Source of the DNA: the human T2T-CHM13v2.0 reference genome, Homo sapiens
NCBI RefSeq assembly: GCF_009914755.1
Contig: NC_060941.1
Direction: 5' to 3' (one strand)
Length of the DNA stretch: 64,000 bases
This document shows, one piece after another, positions 1 through 16,155 of this stretch (within the stretch, counting starts at the first letter, position 1; each line of letters opens with the position of its first letter). The notes beneath the pieces were generated by a model. The model made no database searches and was not told the origin of the DNA. It saw nothing but the letters and a program-made list of their open reading frames with translations. Made by a program: the position numbers and the translations under genes.

Positions 1-180
1 TTACTAGCTCTGTGATCTTAGGCATGAACTGAACCTCTCTTGCCTCAGTTTCCTCAACAGTAAAATGGGGATGATTATAGTACCTCACTTATAGGGTTGT
101 TTTGAGGAATGCAAGAGTTAACTCATGTAAAATATTTAAGACAATGCCTGACACAGAGTAAGCACTCAACAGATGTTACT
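1..180. mobile_element. MIR SINE fragment
   Basis: MIR core: tgtgatcttaggc...gcctcagtttcctc...gtaaaatggggatgattatagtacctc...agggttgtt. Confidence 0.8.
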
Positions 181-415
181 TTTCTCAGTGCTCTCTAAGA
201 TGTAGGTGCATAGGAAGTGTTTAAGGTGGTATCTCTGGTGTTCTCCTGGCCCTATAAAGGTGGTACCCAAGATAATATGTGTTGAATGATACTCTGGGTG
301 GCCCCTCAGATATCCTTGTGATATCCTTTGAGATGCCCTTTGTCGTTATTTTATCTTACCTGTCTGATTGCCAGGTCATCCAGAGCAAGAACTGTCTTTC
401 CTTAGCTCTATATTA

Positions 416-689
416 TTTTGAGATGAAGTCTCACTTTGTTATGCCCAGGCTGGAGTGCAGTGGCGCAATCTCGGCTCATCGCAACCTCTGCCTCCTGGGT
501 TCAAGCAATTCTCCTGAGTAGCTGGGATTATAGGCGCCCACCATCACGCCCGGCTAAATTTTTGTATTTTTTAGAGACGGGGTTTCACCATATTGGTCAG
601 GCTGGTCTCGAACTCCTGACCTTAGGTGATCCACCCGCCTCGGCCTCCCAAAGTGCTGGGATTACAGGGGTGAGCCACCGCGCCCAGCC
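416..689 (-). mobile_element. Alu (AluS-like)
   Basis: Antisense Alu consensus; TSD gctctatattattttg on both sides. Confidence 0.93.
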
Positions 690-1143
690 TGCTCTATATT
701 ATTTTGTATATTAGAACACTCAAACATTTGCTGATGAGATATTAGACATACTCAGAAGAGGTTATTTCACTTACGCTTGTGAAAGAAGCCAGGAGTCCTT
801 TCCTGGGGATTTGTGACCAGTGTCTCTGAGCATCTCCCCAGTAAGCGGTTCGTCCTTGTTTTATAGGTACAGAGTCATGCCACTGATGGGGCTCCCCTCC
901 TTGCTCTGGCTGCATGACCCCCTTTAGCAACACCGTAAGACTCCCTTGAGGATATTTGCAAACTAGACTTATTCCTGGCTTATTACCTGCTTTATGTTTA
1001 TTTGTATGGTGTGCAGAATGGTGTAATAAACCCTGTGTATCCATCACCCAGCCCCAGCAACCATCAGCCCATGGCCACTCCTGCCCTGTTTGTATACCTG
1101 TCCACTTCTTCATTGCATATTAGTGTTTAGTGTTTAAATATAC

Positions 1144-2040
<897 letters not shown>

Positions 2041-2059
2041 AGCACTTCTTTTTTAATTT

Positions 2060-3645
<1,586 letters not shown>

Positions 3646-3649
3646 TAAT

Positions 3650-3931
3650 GGCCGGGCACAGTGGCTCATGCCTGTAATCCCAGCACTTTGGGAGGCTGAG
3701 GTGGGCGGATCATGAGGTCAGGAGATTGAGACCATCCTGGCTAACACGGTGAAACCCCGTCTCTACTAAAAAATAGAAAAAATTAGCTGGGCGTGGTGGT
3801 GGGCACCTATAGTCCCAGCTACTCGGGCGGCTGAGGCAGGAGAATGGTGTGAATCGGGAGGCAGAGCTTGCAGTGAGCTATCGCGCCACTGCATTTCAGC
3901 CTGGGCGACAGAGCGAGACTCTTATCTTAAA

Positions 3932-3949
<18 letters not shown>
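3650..3949 (+). mobile_element. AluY-like
   Basis: Diagnostic gagaccatcctggctaacacggtgaaac and gagcttgcagtgag; polyA tail. Confidence 0.92.
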
Positions 3950-3980
<31 letters not shown>

Positions 3981-3996
3981 ATATATATATATATAT
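3949..3996. repeat. (TA)n microsatellite from an Alu tail
   Basis: atatatat...gtatgtatatat directly after polyA. Confidence 0.9.
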
Positions 3997-4005
3997 GATT
4001 AATTC

Positions 4006-4294
<289 letters not shown>

Positions 4295-4296
<2 letters not shown>

Positions 4297-4582
4297 ATAT
4301 ACATATATACACAATATATAGTATATATATACACAATACATAATATATATACACAATATATTGTATATATTATATACACAATATATAGTATATATATACA
4401 CAATACATAATATATATACACAATATATTGTATATATTATATACACAATATATTGTATATTATATATACAATATATTGTATATTATATACACTATATATT
4501 GTATATATTATACTATATATTTTATATATTTATATATTTATATTATACATATTATATATATACTATATATTATATACATATA
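4295..4582. repeat. Degenerate AT-rich (TA/ACAATATATTGT)n low-complexity repeat
   Basis: ~290 bp of tatatacacaatatattgtata-type units; source of the Y/I-rich ORFs. Confidence 0.92.
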
Positions 4583-4608
4583 AAATTCATGGAATTAAAC
4601 ATACTTAA

Positions 4609-4922
<314 letters not shown>

Positions 4923-5114
4923 ACTTAATGGCTTTTAATTCATTACAGTTATAATTATTGAAGCTCGTATTGTCTCACCTTTAACCAGCAGAAGGCTCTT
5001 CATGTCGGGGTATTTTTCCCTCTCTCCCTCCCTTCCTTCCTTGCTTTTATCTAACAGCTTTATTGAGATATAATTCACATAACATGAAATTCACCCATTT
5101 AAAATGTGTGATTC

Positions 5115-5378
5115 AAGGCCAAAGAAGGTAGATTACTTGAGCCTAGGGGTTCAAGTCCAGCCTGGACAACATGGCATGAAACCTCATCTTGATAAAAAAA
5201 AAAAATACAAAAATTAGCTAGGAGCGGTGGTGAGCACGTGTAGTCCCAGCTACTCAGGAGGCTGAGGCAGGAGAATTGCTTGAACCCAGGAGGCAGAGGT
5301 TGCAGTAAGCTGAGATCACACCACTGTACTTCATCCTGGGTGAAGACAGAACAAGACTGTGTCTCAAGAAAAAAAAAT
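5115..5378 (+). mobile_element. Alu, 5'-truncated
   Basis: Sense Alu inserted in L1. Confidence 0.85.
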
Positions 5379-6122
5379 ACTGTGCAATTCAGTGGTTTTT
5401 AGTATATTCACAGAGTTGTACAACAATCACCACAATCAATTTTAGAATGTTTTCATCACACCAAAATGAAAACCTCAGACTATTAGCAGTTACTCCGTAT
5501 TCCCTCTACTTCCTGGCCCCTACCAACCACTAATCTGTTTTCCGTTTCTATGGATTTGACTGTTTGGTACATTTCACATAAATGGAATCATACAATATTT
5601 TTATGTCTTGTTTCTTTTACTTAGCATAATGTTTTCAAAGTTCACCAGTGTTGTAGCATCTGTCAGCACAGCATTCTTTTTTATGACTGAATAACATTCC
5701 ACTCTGGATGTACCACATTTTGTTTCTCCATTCTTTAGGTTGTTTCCAGTTTTTGGCTATTATGAAATAAATAATGCTTCTTTGAACATTCATGTACAGC
5801 TGTTTATGTGAATATCTTTTCAATTCTCTTGGATATATTCCTAGGCGTGAAATTGCTGGGTCATATGGTAATCCCATATTTAACCCCATGCCAGACTCCC
5901 AAAACAATTGCACCCAAGATTTTGTTATTGTCCATCTTTTTGAATATAGCCATCCTAGTGAGTATGAAGTGGTAGCTCATTGTGGTTTTGATTTGCATTT
6001 CCCTAATGACTAATGATGTTAACATCTTTTCATCTGCTTATTGGCTATTGTATCTCTATTCACAACCTTTGCTCATTTTATAATTGAGCTATTTGTCTTC
6101 TTATTGAGTTATGAGTTCTTTA

Positions 6123-6384
<262 letters not shown>

Positions 6385-6697
6385 TCAAAAAATAAAGTTC
6401 TTTATATATTCTGGATACAAGTCCCTTGTCAGATATAAATTACAAATATTTTCTCCCATTCTGTGGGTTGTCTTTTTACTTTCTTGATGGTATTCTTTGA
6501 AGCATGAAGGATTTTGATGAGTTCCTATTCCAACTTTTTTTTTTTTTTTTGCTTGTTATATTTAGAAAAGTTTGCCTAACCAAAGGTGATGGAGCTTAAT
6601 GCCTATATTTTCTTCTAGGAGACTTAAACTTTTAGCTTTTACATTAGGTCTACTATCCGTTTTGAGTTAATTTTTGTTTTTTAATTTTTTTGTTTGG

Positions 6698-6954
6698 TGT
6701 GTATGTGTGTATATATATATATATATATGTACATATATATATATGTACATATATATATATATGTACATATATATATATGTACATATATATATATGTACAT
6801 ATATATATATGTACATATATATATATGTACATATATATATATGTACATATATATATATATATGTACATATATATATATGTACATATATATATATGTACAT
6901 ATATATATATGTACATATATATATATATATGTACATATATATATATACACATAT

Positions 6955-6955
<1 letters not shown>
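6698..6955. repeat. Palindromic minisatellite (ATATATATATATGTAC)~13
   Basis: 13 GTAC cores between 6729 and 6934 separated by (AT)6-8. Confidence 0.97.
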
Positions 6956-7135
<180 letters not shown>

Positions 7136-7688
7136 TGAATTTTTGTGTATGGCATGAGAAAGGAGTCCAACTTTATTCTTTTTCATGTGAATATTCAGTT
7201 GTTCTAGCGCCATTTGTTGAAAAGATACTCTTTCCCCATTGAATTGTCTTGGCATCTTTGTTGAAATCAGTTGATTGTAACTGTGAAGGTTAATTTCCGG
7301 ACTCAGTTCTATTCCATTGAGTTGTATGTCCATCCTTATGCCATTACTGTCTTGATTCCTATAGTTTTGTAGTACTTTTTGAGATGGAAAAGTGTGAGTC
7401 TCCAACTTTGTTGTTTTTCAAGTTGGTTTTGACTATTTTGGGTCTCTTGCATTTCCATATGAATTTTAGGATCAGATTGTCAATTTCTGCAAAGAAGCCT
7501 ACTGAGATTTTAATACCCCCATGTTGGCAAGAGTGTGGAGTTGAGTCAGTACATCAATTTGGGGAGGGAATATTGGCATGTCAACAATATTATGTCTTCT
7601 GATCCATGGACATAGGCTGTCTTTCTGCTTATTTAGGTCTTTTTAAAAACTCTTTGAACAATGTTTTATATTTTTTCTTTTGTTCGTT

Positions 7689-7736
7689 TTCCTTCCTTCC
7701 TTCCTTCCTTCCTTCCTTCCTTCCTTCCTTCCTTCC
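7689..7736. repeat. (TTCC)12 / (GGAA)12 microsatellite
   Basis: 48 bp of uninterrupted TTCC. Confidence 0.97.
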
Positions 7737-7753
7737 TTCTCTTTCTTTCTGTC

Positions 7754-8040
7754 TTTTTTTTTTTTTTTGTCCCACTGTCACCCAGTCTGGAGTGCAGTGG
7801 TGCCTGGCTCACTAACTACAACCTCCACCTCCCTGGCCCAGTGTGTCCTGCACTTCAGCCTCCTGTGTAGCTGGGACTATAGGCACACACAACCATGCCC
7901 AGCTGATCTTTATATTTTTAGTAGAGATGGGGTCTCACCGCATTGCCCAGGCTGGTTTCTAACCCTTTGGCTCAAGCCATCCACCTTGCCTCAGCCTCCC
8001 AAAGTGCTGGGATTATAGGTATGAGCCACTGTGCCTGGCC
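7754..8040 (-). mobile_element. Alu (AluJ-like)
   Basis: Antisense Alu consensus. Confidence 0.88.
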
Positions 8041-8444
8041 CATATTTTTTCATAATATAAGTTTTGTATTTCTTTTGTTAAATTTATTTTTTAGTATTTG
8101 TTTTTGATCCTATTGTAAATTGTTTTCTTAATTTTAATTATTTTTGGATTGTTTATAGCTAGAGTATAGAAATTTAATTGCTTTTTGCACATTCATGTTA
8201 TATCCTGTAAACTTGCATAACTCATTTATTAGTTCTATTATGTATTTCTTTTTAAATTGTGAAATAACATGTATGTGGTAAAAAGGTCAAATAGTGCGCA
8301 AGGGAATATAAGGAAAAGTGAATCTTCTGCCCTCTCACCCCTGCTCCCACTAAGCTAAACTATTGTTTAGTTTTTCTTAAGCTGTTTCAAGCTGAAGAAA
8401 GGAGTGGGATATTAAAAAACAGTGCTTCACTGTTAGCTGAATAT

Positions 8445-8744
<300 letters not shown>

Positions 8745-10054
8745 TTCTTTTACTTTTGACCTTGTGCTTGTTTTTTTCTTCTTGGAGGATTACATATAAG
8801 TCAACTAGACTCCCTAGTTTATTCTCTTTTTACTTACACTGTTAAGAAAATGAGATCTGGAATGTGAAACAGATGTGATTCCTTATCTGATTCTGTCTTC
8901 AGGGGTCAGAAAAACCTTTGGTGTGGCAGAAAGACATGGGTATTTGGGTGTTTATACCTGGAAGAGATTTCTTACCCCTAACATGGTCTTTGTTGGGAGA
9001 AACGAAAAATAGTGCATGGCTAGAAACTAGGTTTGTGCCCAGGACCTCTGGCATGAGGACTGGAAGAAAGTTACTGACGATTAATGTTCGACTTCACCCT
9101 TACTCTTTTAGTCCCAGTTGGGTCTTATCCTGGATTCTTCACATTTTTAACTGCTTCTGTTAGCATGCTCTAAATGTGAGAGTTCTAATTGTTTGTTGGC
9201 GTTTGTGGGCAAACAGTAAATGGTCAGATTAATACCAGGGAATATCAGAAAATTAACAGGTTTCAAATTGCTATTTGTAAACCTAAAGGCTAAAAGTAAT
9301 ACAATTAAATAGGCAAGTATATGTGGTCATTAAAATTCAAGTAGGCAAACAATCAGATAATTGTATGTTGCATATTATCCTGATCTCTTTAAGCACAGTG
9401 TTATCTTTGGGAATAAATTATTAGATGTATAAATTACTTTTATCTCTGAAACATCATGTTGAGTTTACCAGTATTACAGCCAATCCCCCAAAGCTTTCTG
9501 TTTGCCACAGTTTAATTTACTAAAGAATATATAAATACCAGTGAGGGACAGGACAAATTCAAAGAGGCATTTGAACCCAAAATTATTTCTTAAAACCACT
9601 TGAGTTAAATATATTCAGGTGAGAAATTCACGTGTGAGTTCTTTTTCTTTTCTTTTAATGGAGAGGACCAGCCATGTGGGTAGAGGAGAGAAGTAGGGCT
9701 TCAAAATACAAGACTTAGTTTTGAAGGGGTGGGAGTGCCAGGGAGGGGACTAGGAGAGGCTGGTCATGAACCAGAGTGCTGTGACTGTCCTGGACAACCT
9801 CCCTGTTAGATGGGCAGAGGTGCAGGCACTCTAGAGACCCTCCTGGAGAACCCTGCTGAGAGGTTCCTCGGCTATGGCAGAGCTACCGATAATTCTTCCT
9901 TAGGGCAGGTGTTCAAGGCAGGCCGGCTTTAGTGGCTCCATGCCACAGCAAGTTCTCTAAGCTCAGTGGGCCTCAGTTTCTTTATATGTGAAATGGGGAT
10001 GGTGGTGTTTGCCTCAAAGTATAGTTTTAAAGACTAAATAAGTTATCATTATTA

Positions 10055-10218
10055 TTTTTGTTTTTTTTTTAGAGACAGGGTCATACTTTGTCACCTAGGC
10101 TGGAGTGCAGCGGCACAATCTTGGCTCACTGTAGCCTCGAGTTCCTGGCCTCAAGTGATCTTATCTCCTTGGTCTCCCAAAGTACTAGGATTATAGGCGT
10201 GTGCCACTGCACCCAGCC
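10055..10218 (-). mobile_element. Short Alu inserted in a MIR (~9960-10260)
   Basis: Alu monomer; MIR core gcctcagtttc...gtgaaatgggg upstream. Confidence 0.8.
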
Positions 10219-10368
10219 TGAGTTAAATGTTTTTAAGATGAGCTTAACTTGTTCAGTAACAATAAAATAATGTATTTTGATTTTTTTTTTCCCCTGGAAA
10301 GTATGTTGTCAGTGATCATGGAAAGGCCTTGGGATGCGGTGTACATGCTTTCATTTGTTTTGTTTTCA

Positions 10369-10979
<611 letters not shown>

Positions 10980-11524
10980 TTAAACCCCAATAATAGTAGA
11001 TATTTTATTTTCCAATCAGTTGTGTCTATAGAATGTCTTTTGATATGACAATGGCTGAGAATTCTTTGACAGGTTTTGCAACTCAGATTTTCTCAAAGAA
11101 TCTTGTTTACCTTCCATAGCCCCTTTGTTTATTGAAAGCAAAATATTCTTAGTTCCCTTGAATCCCAGTGTTCCTGCCATTCTGGATGTCTCCATGCTGT
11201 GGCGTGGGGCCCTTTTTGGGGTGGGATTCCCCAGCACAGAGCCTGCTAATACATAAGGGTGTGGTACTCCCATTGAGTCTATTTGGCATCAATCAGCAGG
11301 CGGGTTTGCACTGAGCGGTACTAATCCTAGCTTGCCCAAGCGATTGTAGTTGTTCTTTTAAAAGCATCATCTTTTTTTGGTCTCCTGGCCTAAAATTTCA
11401 GAAGCAGGAACTGGGGGTTATGGGGGTTGGGTATAAAAGGTAGCTAAACCTGATTATCCTGGCTTGAAATAATGGCAGGAATAATAGGCTTGTTAACTTT
11501 GATCCTAGCTGTTACCTTCTACTT

Positions 11525-11577
11525 ACCAGCCTCCCTGCTGAACCAGCCTCTCTGCTGAACCAGCCTCTGCTGAACCA
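11525..11577. repeat. 17-bp tandem repeat x3
   Basis: accagcctccctgctga accagcctctctgctga accagcctctgctga acca. Confidence 0.9.
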
Positions 11578-11810
11578 ATTGGAATTTGGTGGGGACTCCT
11601 CTGAACGGCTTTTCTGGGTCCTCACCTTCAGGATACTGCTAGATGTGCCCAACAAGTATCTCCCATTCCCAGCAGGGATACTTTTGATTCTTGGCCTTCC
11701 CGAGAGCCTCAGGCCTGGGATTGGCCACTTGGGTCCAAGCAGTGTCTCTAGTTTGGCATAATTGGGCTACTCCGAGGAGCAGGACTCTCAGCTGTTATGA
11801 GTGATGCTAG

Positions 11811-12120
11811 GAGCCAGGCACAGTGGCTCACGCCTGTAATCCTAGCACTTTGGGAGGCTGAGGCGAGTGGATTGCTTGAGCCCAGGAGTTCGAGACTAGC
11901 CTGGGCAACATGGGGAAACCCCGTCTCTACTAAAAATACAAAAATTATCTGGGTACGATGGCATGCATCTGTGGTCCCAGCTACTCAGGAGGCTGAGGCG
12001 GGAGGATTGCTTGAGTCTGGGAGGTCAAGGCTGCAGTGAGCTGAGACTGGGCCACTGCACTCCAGCCTGGGTGACAGAACGAGACCCTGTCTCAAAAAAC
12101 AAAACAAAAGACACACAAAA
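11811..12120 (+). mobile_element. Alu (AluJ-like)
   Basis: Sense Alu; TSD agtgatgctagg. Confidence 0.92.
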
Positions 12121-12352
12121 AAGTGATGCTAGGGAGGCCTTTGGCAGAGAATGGATTTCCTTAATTGTGAATGTGGTGGTGGTGCTTCTGGAAATGGAAA
12201 TCAACAGCACTTTGTGGAGGGGCTTTTGCACAGAATACATATATGAACCATAAAGAAGTCCCATTTCCCCTCCCTAGGTTCTCTTCATACAAGAAATGGT
12301 AGTTAGCTCCATTGTTTCCTCTGAATACTTTCCTTTGTTTTCTTTCTTGAAG

Positions 12353-12488
12353 GACTGCCACCAACTCCTGTCCAGCTGCTCTATCCAGTGTCCCGATTCA
12401 GCAATGTCAAATCCCTCCAGCACCTTTGCAGATTCCGGATACGACAGCTCGTCAGGATAGATCACATCCCAGATCTCCCACTGCCTAA
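12353..12488 (+). CDS. SOCS7: Suppressor of cytokine signalling 7, internal coding exon (end of SH2 plus SOCS box)
   Basis: Acceptor ttttctttcttgaag|; translates (G)LPPTPVQLLYPVSRFSNVKSLQHLCRFRIRQLVRIDHIPDLPLP(K) with BC box SLQHLCR and Cul5 box LPLP; donor AA|gtacaa; phase matches the next exon. Not in the ORF track. Confidence 0.96.
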
Positions 12489-12891
12489 GTACAATGGGGT
12501 TGTCAGGTTTGGGACAGGAATGAGTAAGGGGGTTGTGGGGAGGTAACAATGTCAGTGAGGCCTGCAAGCTACCTTCACAGGCAGAGTCTGGCATAAAATA
12601 TTTGCAGATGTCATTCTTACACATTTCCTGTGTCTTAGCACCTAACTCTAGAACTGTCATATTGCAGCCAGAGGGAGGAAGGTGTGTGTGTCAGCCTTCC
12701 TTCTGCAGTCTCTAGGAAGAATAGAGTAGAAGTGGTAAGAGTAAGGAAGACAGAACTATAATAACTGAGAAAATGGGGATTGTGTTAGGTCTCAACCATG
12801 TAGGGAGTGAAGAAGAGTTGAACAAAGGAGTTACTTCTTTTATATTTTGTATAAAAACCTTTTGTGTATATCCGTCATTTGTTTTTCACAG

Positions 12892-13012
12892 ACCTCTGAT
12901 CTCTTATATCCGAAAGTTCTACTACTATGATCCTCAGGAAGAGGTATACCTGTCTCTAAAGGAAGCGCAGCTCATTTCCAAACAGAAGCAAGAGGTGGAA
13001 CCCTCCACGTAG
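12892..13012 (+). CDS. SOCS7: SOCS7 last coding exon (exon continues as UTR to 13042)
   Basis: Acceptor tttgtttttcacag|; (K)PLISYIRKFYYYDPQEEVYLSLKEAQLISKQKQEVEPST, TAG at 13010-13012; recognised SOCS7 C-terminus; donor AGG|gtatga at 13043. Confidence 0.96.
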
Positions 13013-14149
13013 CGAGGGGCTCCCTGCTGGTCACCACCAAGGGTATGAGCTCTCTGCCTCACTGCCCAGCCACATTTCTTCCTGGGCAGTCATCATCATG
13101 CATTGAGCCTTGGGCCCCCTCCCCACAACTCCCAACATGGATAGCCCCGATCCAGGCATTTGCCCATAGAATGACAAGATCTGACCGTGGAGTCCTCAAG
13201 GGGCACACACCCCATTTGGGAGAAAAGCAGACAGACGAGAAAGACAAGAAAGTAGATTGCCAGGAAACGTGCAAGCTAATCACTGAATGTGAGCAAGGAG
13301 GGGGACACCCAAGTGTAGCTAAGAGTGCGGCCTCTGGCAAGGAGAGGGTAATTGAAAAAAATAAGAAGAAGAGTGCAGCCTCCTCTCATACAGACTTGGG
13401 CTGATCTCCCTGATACTGCACAAATGGCATATAAAGCAGGAAGCTAAAGGGAAAGGAAACTTCATCAAAGAGAATGCAAACATGCCTTTAATTGCAACAG
13501 GCATGCACTTCAGTGAGACTCCACCATGTCCCACAGCTTGGAATATGGGGATGAGGAAAAACAGCCCACTCTTCTATTTAGCGTTCCATTTGGGCCATTA
13601 CAAAGTAAATTGTTGAAACTAAGGAATTCATTTATCTACGAGGCTCTTCTCCCATCATTACACAGTTCTACCCATTTATTTTCCCATAAAACATCTTGCA
13701 ATACTGGTTTGTGCAGATGAATTCCAATTAGTCTTTTAAATTGCACTAAAGTGAACATTGTGGGGCCAAGTTCCTGAGTAGGGAACACAATTGCCAGGGA
13801 GCCATGACTTTGGTGGTGGTGGTGACAAGCAAGATTGACTGCCAGTGTGCAGTGACTGCTTTCTTCTGGTGTGGATCCTGGAGTAGATGTACAGTCTCAT
13901 CATGTCTTCAATTATATGCAAATTGTATGCCTTTGGAAATGACTAAATATCTAATGTCTTGTGTCTAGGTGGATTTCTCTGCATGATGGCTTTGCAGTTG
14001 AGATTAGGGTGAGAGGTAGAGCACTAGGGAGGTCCACCTACCTGACTACCCTTGAAGAGTAATTAGGCCATTCAGTTAGAGGACCACGTCTGTGGGTGCA
14101 GTGCTGTAGAAGAACCCATATAAACAGGGAGCATGTTCAGAGAAAGGCC

Positions 14150-14690
14150 TTGTGGCATTGGAGAGCTCAAACTTCATCATATGGGAATAAATGGCCTAGA
14201 AAGAAATGTGATTAACCCAGAGCACGGAGGTTTTAGGGAGGGATAGCTGAAAGATGCATTTGATGGGTTTTCCTAAGGAAGAGAGTGATTAACCTCCTCT
14301 CTGTGGTTCCAGTGGGGAGCAAGTTCAGCATTACGCTTATTCTTTGCCACAGGCAACAATCCTGATGTCACAGCAAAAAGAGATCCTGAGAGTTCAGTTC
14401 AAACCTTTGCCAGTGCATGACTGCTCCCAACACTCAAGACAAGTGGCTCCCTGCCGGCCTGTTCCTGATCATGCCACACCTTTCCCAGTTGAGGCAGGGC
14501 CTTTATACCTCTAGGTCCCCTTGCCCAGAATGCTCTGCCCCAAGGCCCTCCCATGTCACAGCAAAAAGAGACATGGATAAGGACCAAAATGAATGTAAGT
14601 TACAAGGAACTAGATTTCAGTCCAACTTTACAAGAACCTTTTTAACAGAGAGGTCCAAAACTGGGATGGTTTTCCTCAAGAGCTTCCATT
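14150..14690 (+). mobile_element. L3/CR1-like LINE remnant split by an insertion at 14316-14576
   Basis: ctctgtggttccagtgg ... aggaccaaaatgaatgtaagttacaaggaactagatttcag resembles contiguous L3 3' consensus (from memory). Confidence 0.55.
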
Positions 14691-15226
14691 CAGCAGATAG
14701 CTGTATATTTGTGTTTATTTGGCACCCAGTATGAATTGAGAATAGAGTGCTGAGCAAAGCAAAGGCCCTGTTTTCACTCAGCTTCCCTTCTCCTAAGGAA
14801 AGACAGGCAGCAAACATGAACATAAATGAATGGGCTAATTTCAGGTGACTGTACAGTGTTGTGAGGAAAGTAAAACTGGGTAAAGTTTAGTGATTAGTGG
14901 TGGGATACTCCTCAAGTTTAGATGGTCAGGGAGAGACTTGTGAGGAGGTGCCATTTCAGCCGATACCCAAATATCAAGGAGCCAGCCATGGGAGTGCCTT
15001 GGAGCAGAGCATTCTGGGCAAGGGGACCTAGAGGTATAAAGGCCCTGCCTCAGCTGGGAAGGACGTGGCATGATCAGGAACAGGCCAGTGGGTAGCCATT
15101 TGTCTTGAGTGTTGGGGGCAGTCATATATTGGCGAAGGTTTGAACTGAACTCCCAGGATCCCTTTTTGCTGTGACATCAGTATTGATGCCTGTGACAAAG
15201 AGTAAGCGTAATGCTGAACTTGCTCC
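14316..15226. repeat. 240-bp inverted repeat (arms 14316-14555 and 14987-15226)
   Basis: Manual alignment: no gaps, 22 mismatches (~91%); both arms give MTAPNTQDKWLP ORFs on opposite strands. Confidence 0.97.
14700..15095 (-). mobile_element. L2 LINE remnant
   Basis: agatggtcagggagagacttg...gaggaggtgccattt...agagcattctgggcaagggga...aaaggccctg, typical of antisense L2. Confidence 0.65.
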
Positions 15227-15265
15227 TGGTGTAGACCCTAGGAGCCCTGGAAAGGGAGGAAGTAA

Positions 15266-15587
<322 letters not shown>

Positions 15588-15854
15588 ATTGGGAAAGGTC
15601 TTTAGGGTATGAAATTTGGCCTTTATGACTTCTTGTTGTTCAGGCTGATTTTAATTTGGGAGTTCTGAATGGCCTGCTTGGTCTATGTGTGCTGTTACCT
15701 GGGGAATTTCATGCCAGGGGGTTTGGAGTCAGACTATAGAGTAATGGCTAGAACAGTGCCTGTCTCAAGTCGGAAGGTGGAAGCAACAGTGGCCTTTGTG
15801 TTTCTGTGTCAACCCTGTCCAGTTGACAGAAGCTGCAGAAATACAGAGCTCTCT

Positions 15855-16155
15855 GGCCAGGTGTGATGGTTCACGTCTGTAATCCCAGCAGTTTGGGAGG
15901 CCAAGGCGGGCTCATCACGAGGTCAGGAGTTTGAGACCAGCCTGGCCAACATGGTGAAACCCTGTCTCTACTAAAAATACAAAATTAGCCAGGCATGGTG
16001 GCGCATGCCTGTAATCCCAGCTACTTGGGAGGCTGAGACAGGAGAATCTTGAACCCAGGAAGTGGAGATTGCAGTGAGCCAAGATCATGCCTTTGCACTC
16101 CAGCCTGGGTGACAGAGCGAGACTCCGTCTCAAAAAAAAAAAAAAAAAAGAAAGA
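15855..16155 (+). mobile_element. Alu (AluS-like)
   Basis: Sense Alu; TSD agaaata(c/t)agagctct. Confidence 0.93.

Noticed and set aside
12274-12660. 128-aa minus-strand ORF
   Set aside because: Antisense shadow of the SOCS7 SOCS-box exon
12773-12891. N-terminal part of the 79-aa ORF (MGIVLGLN...)
   Set aside because: Intronic; the real exon begins after the AG at 12891
13045-13404. 119-aa ORF after the SOCS7 stop
   Set aside because: Its ATG is part of the splice donor gtatga; no recognisable homology
14417-15125. Two paralogous ORFs MTAPNTQDKWLP on opposite strands (toxin/antisense-like pair)
   Set aside because: By-product of the inverted duplication; partly L2-derived, intronic, no promoter or splice support
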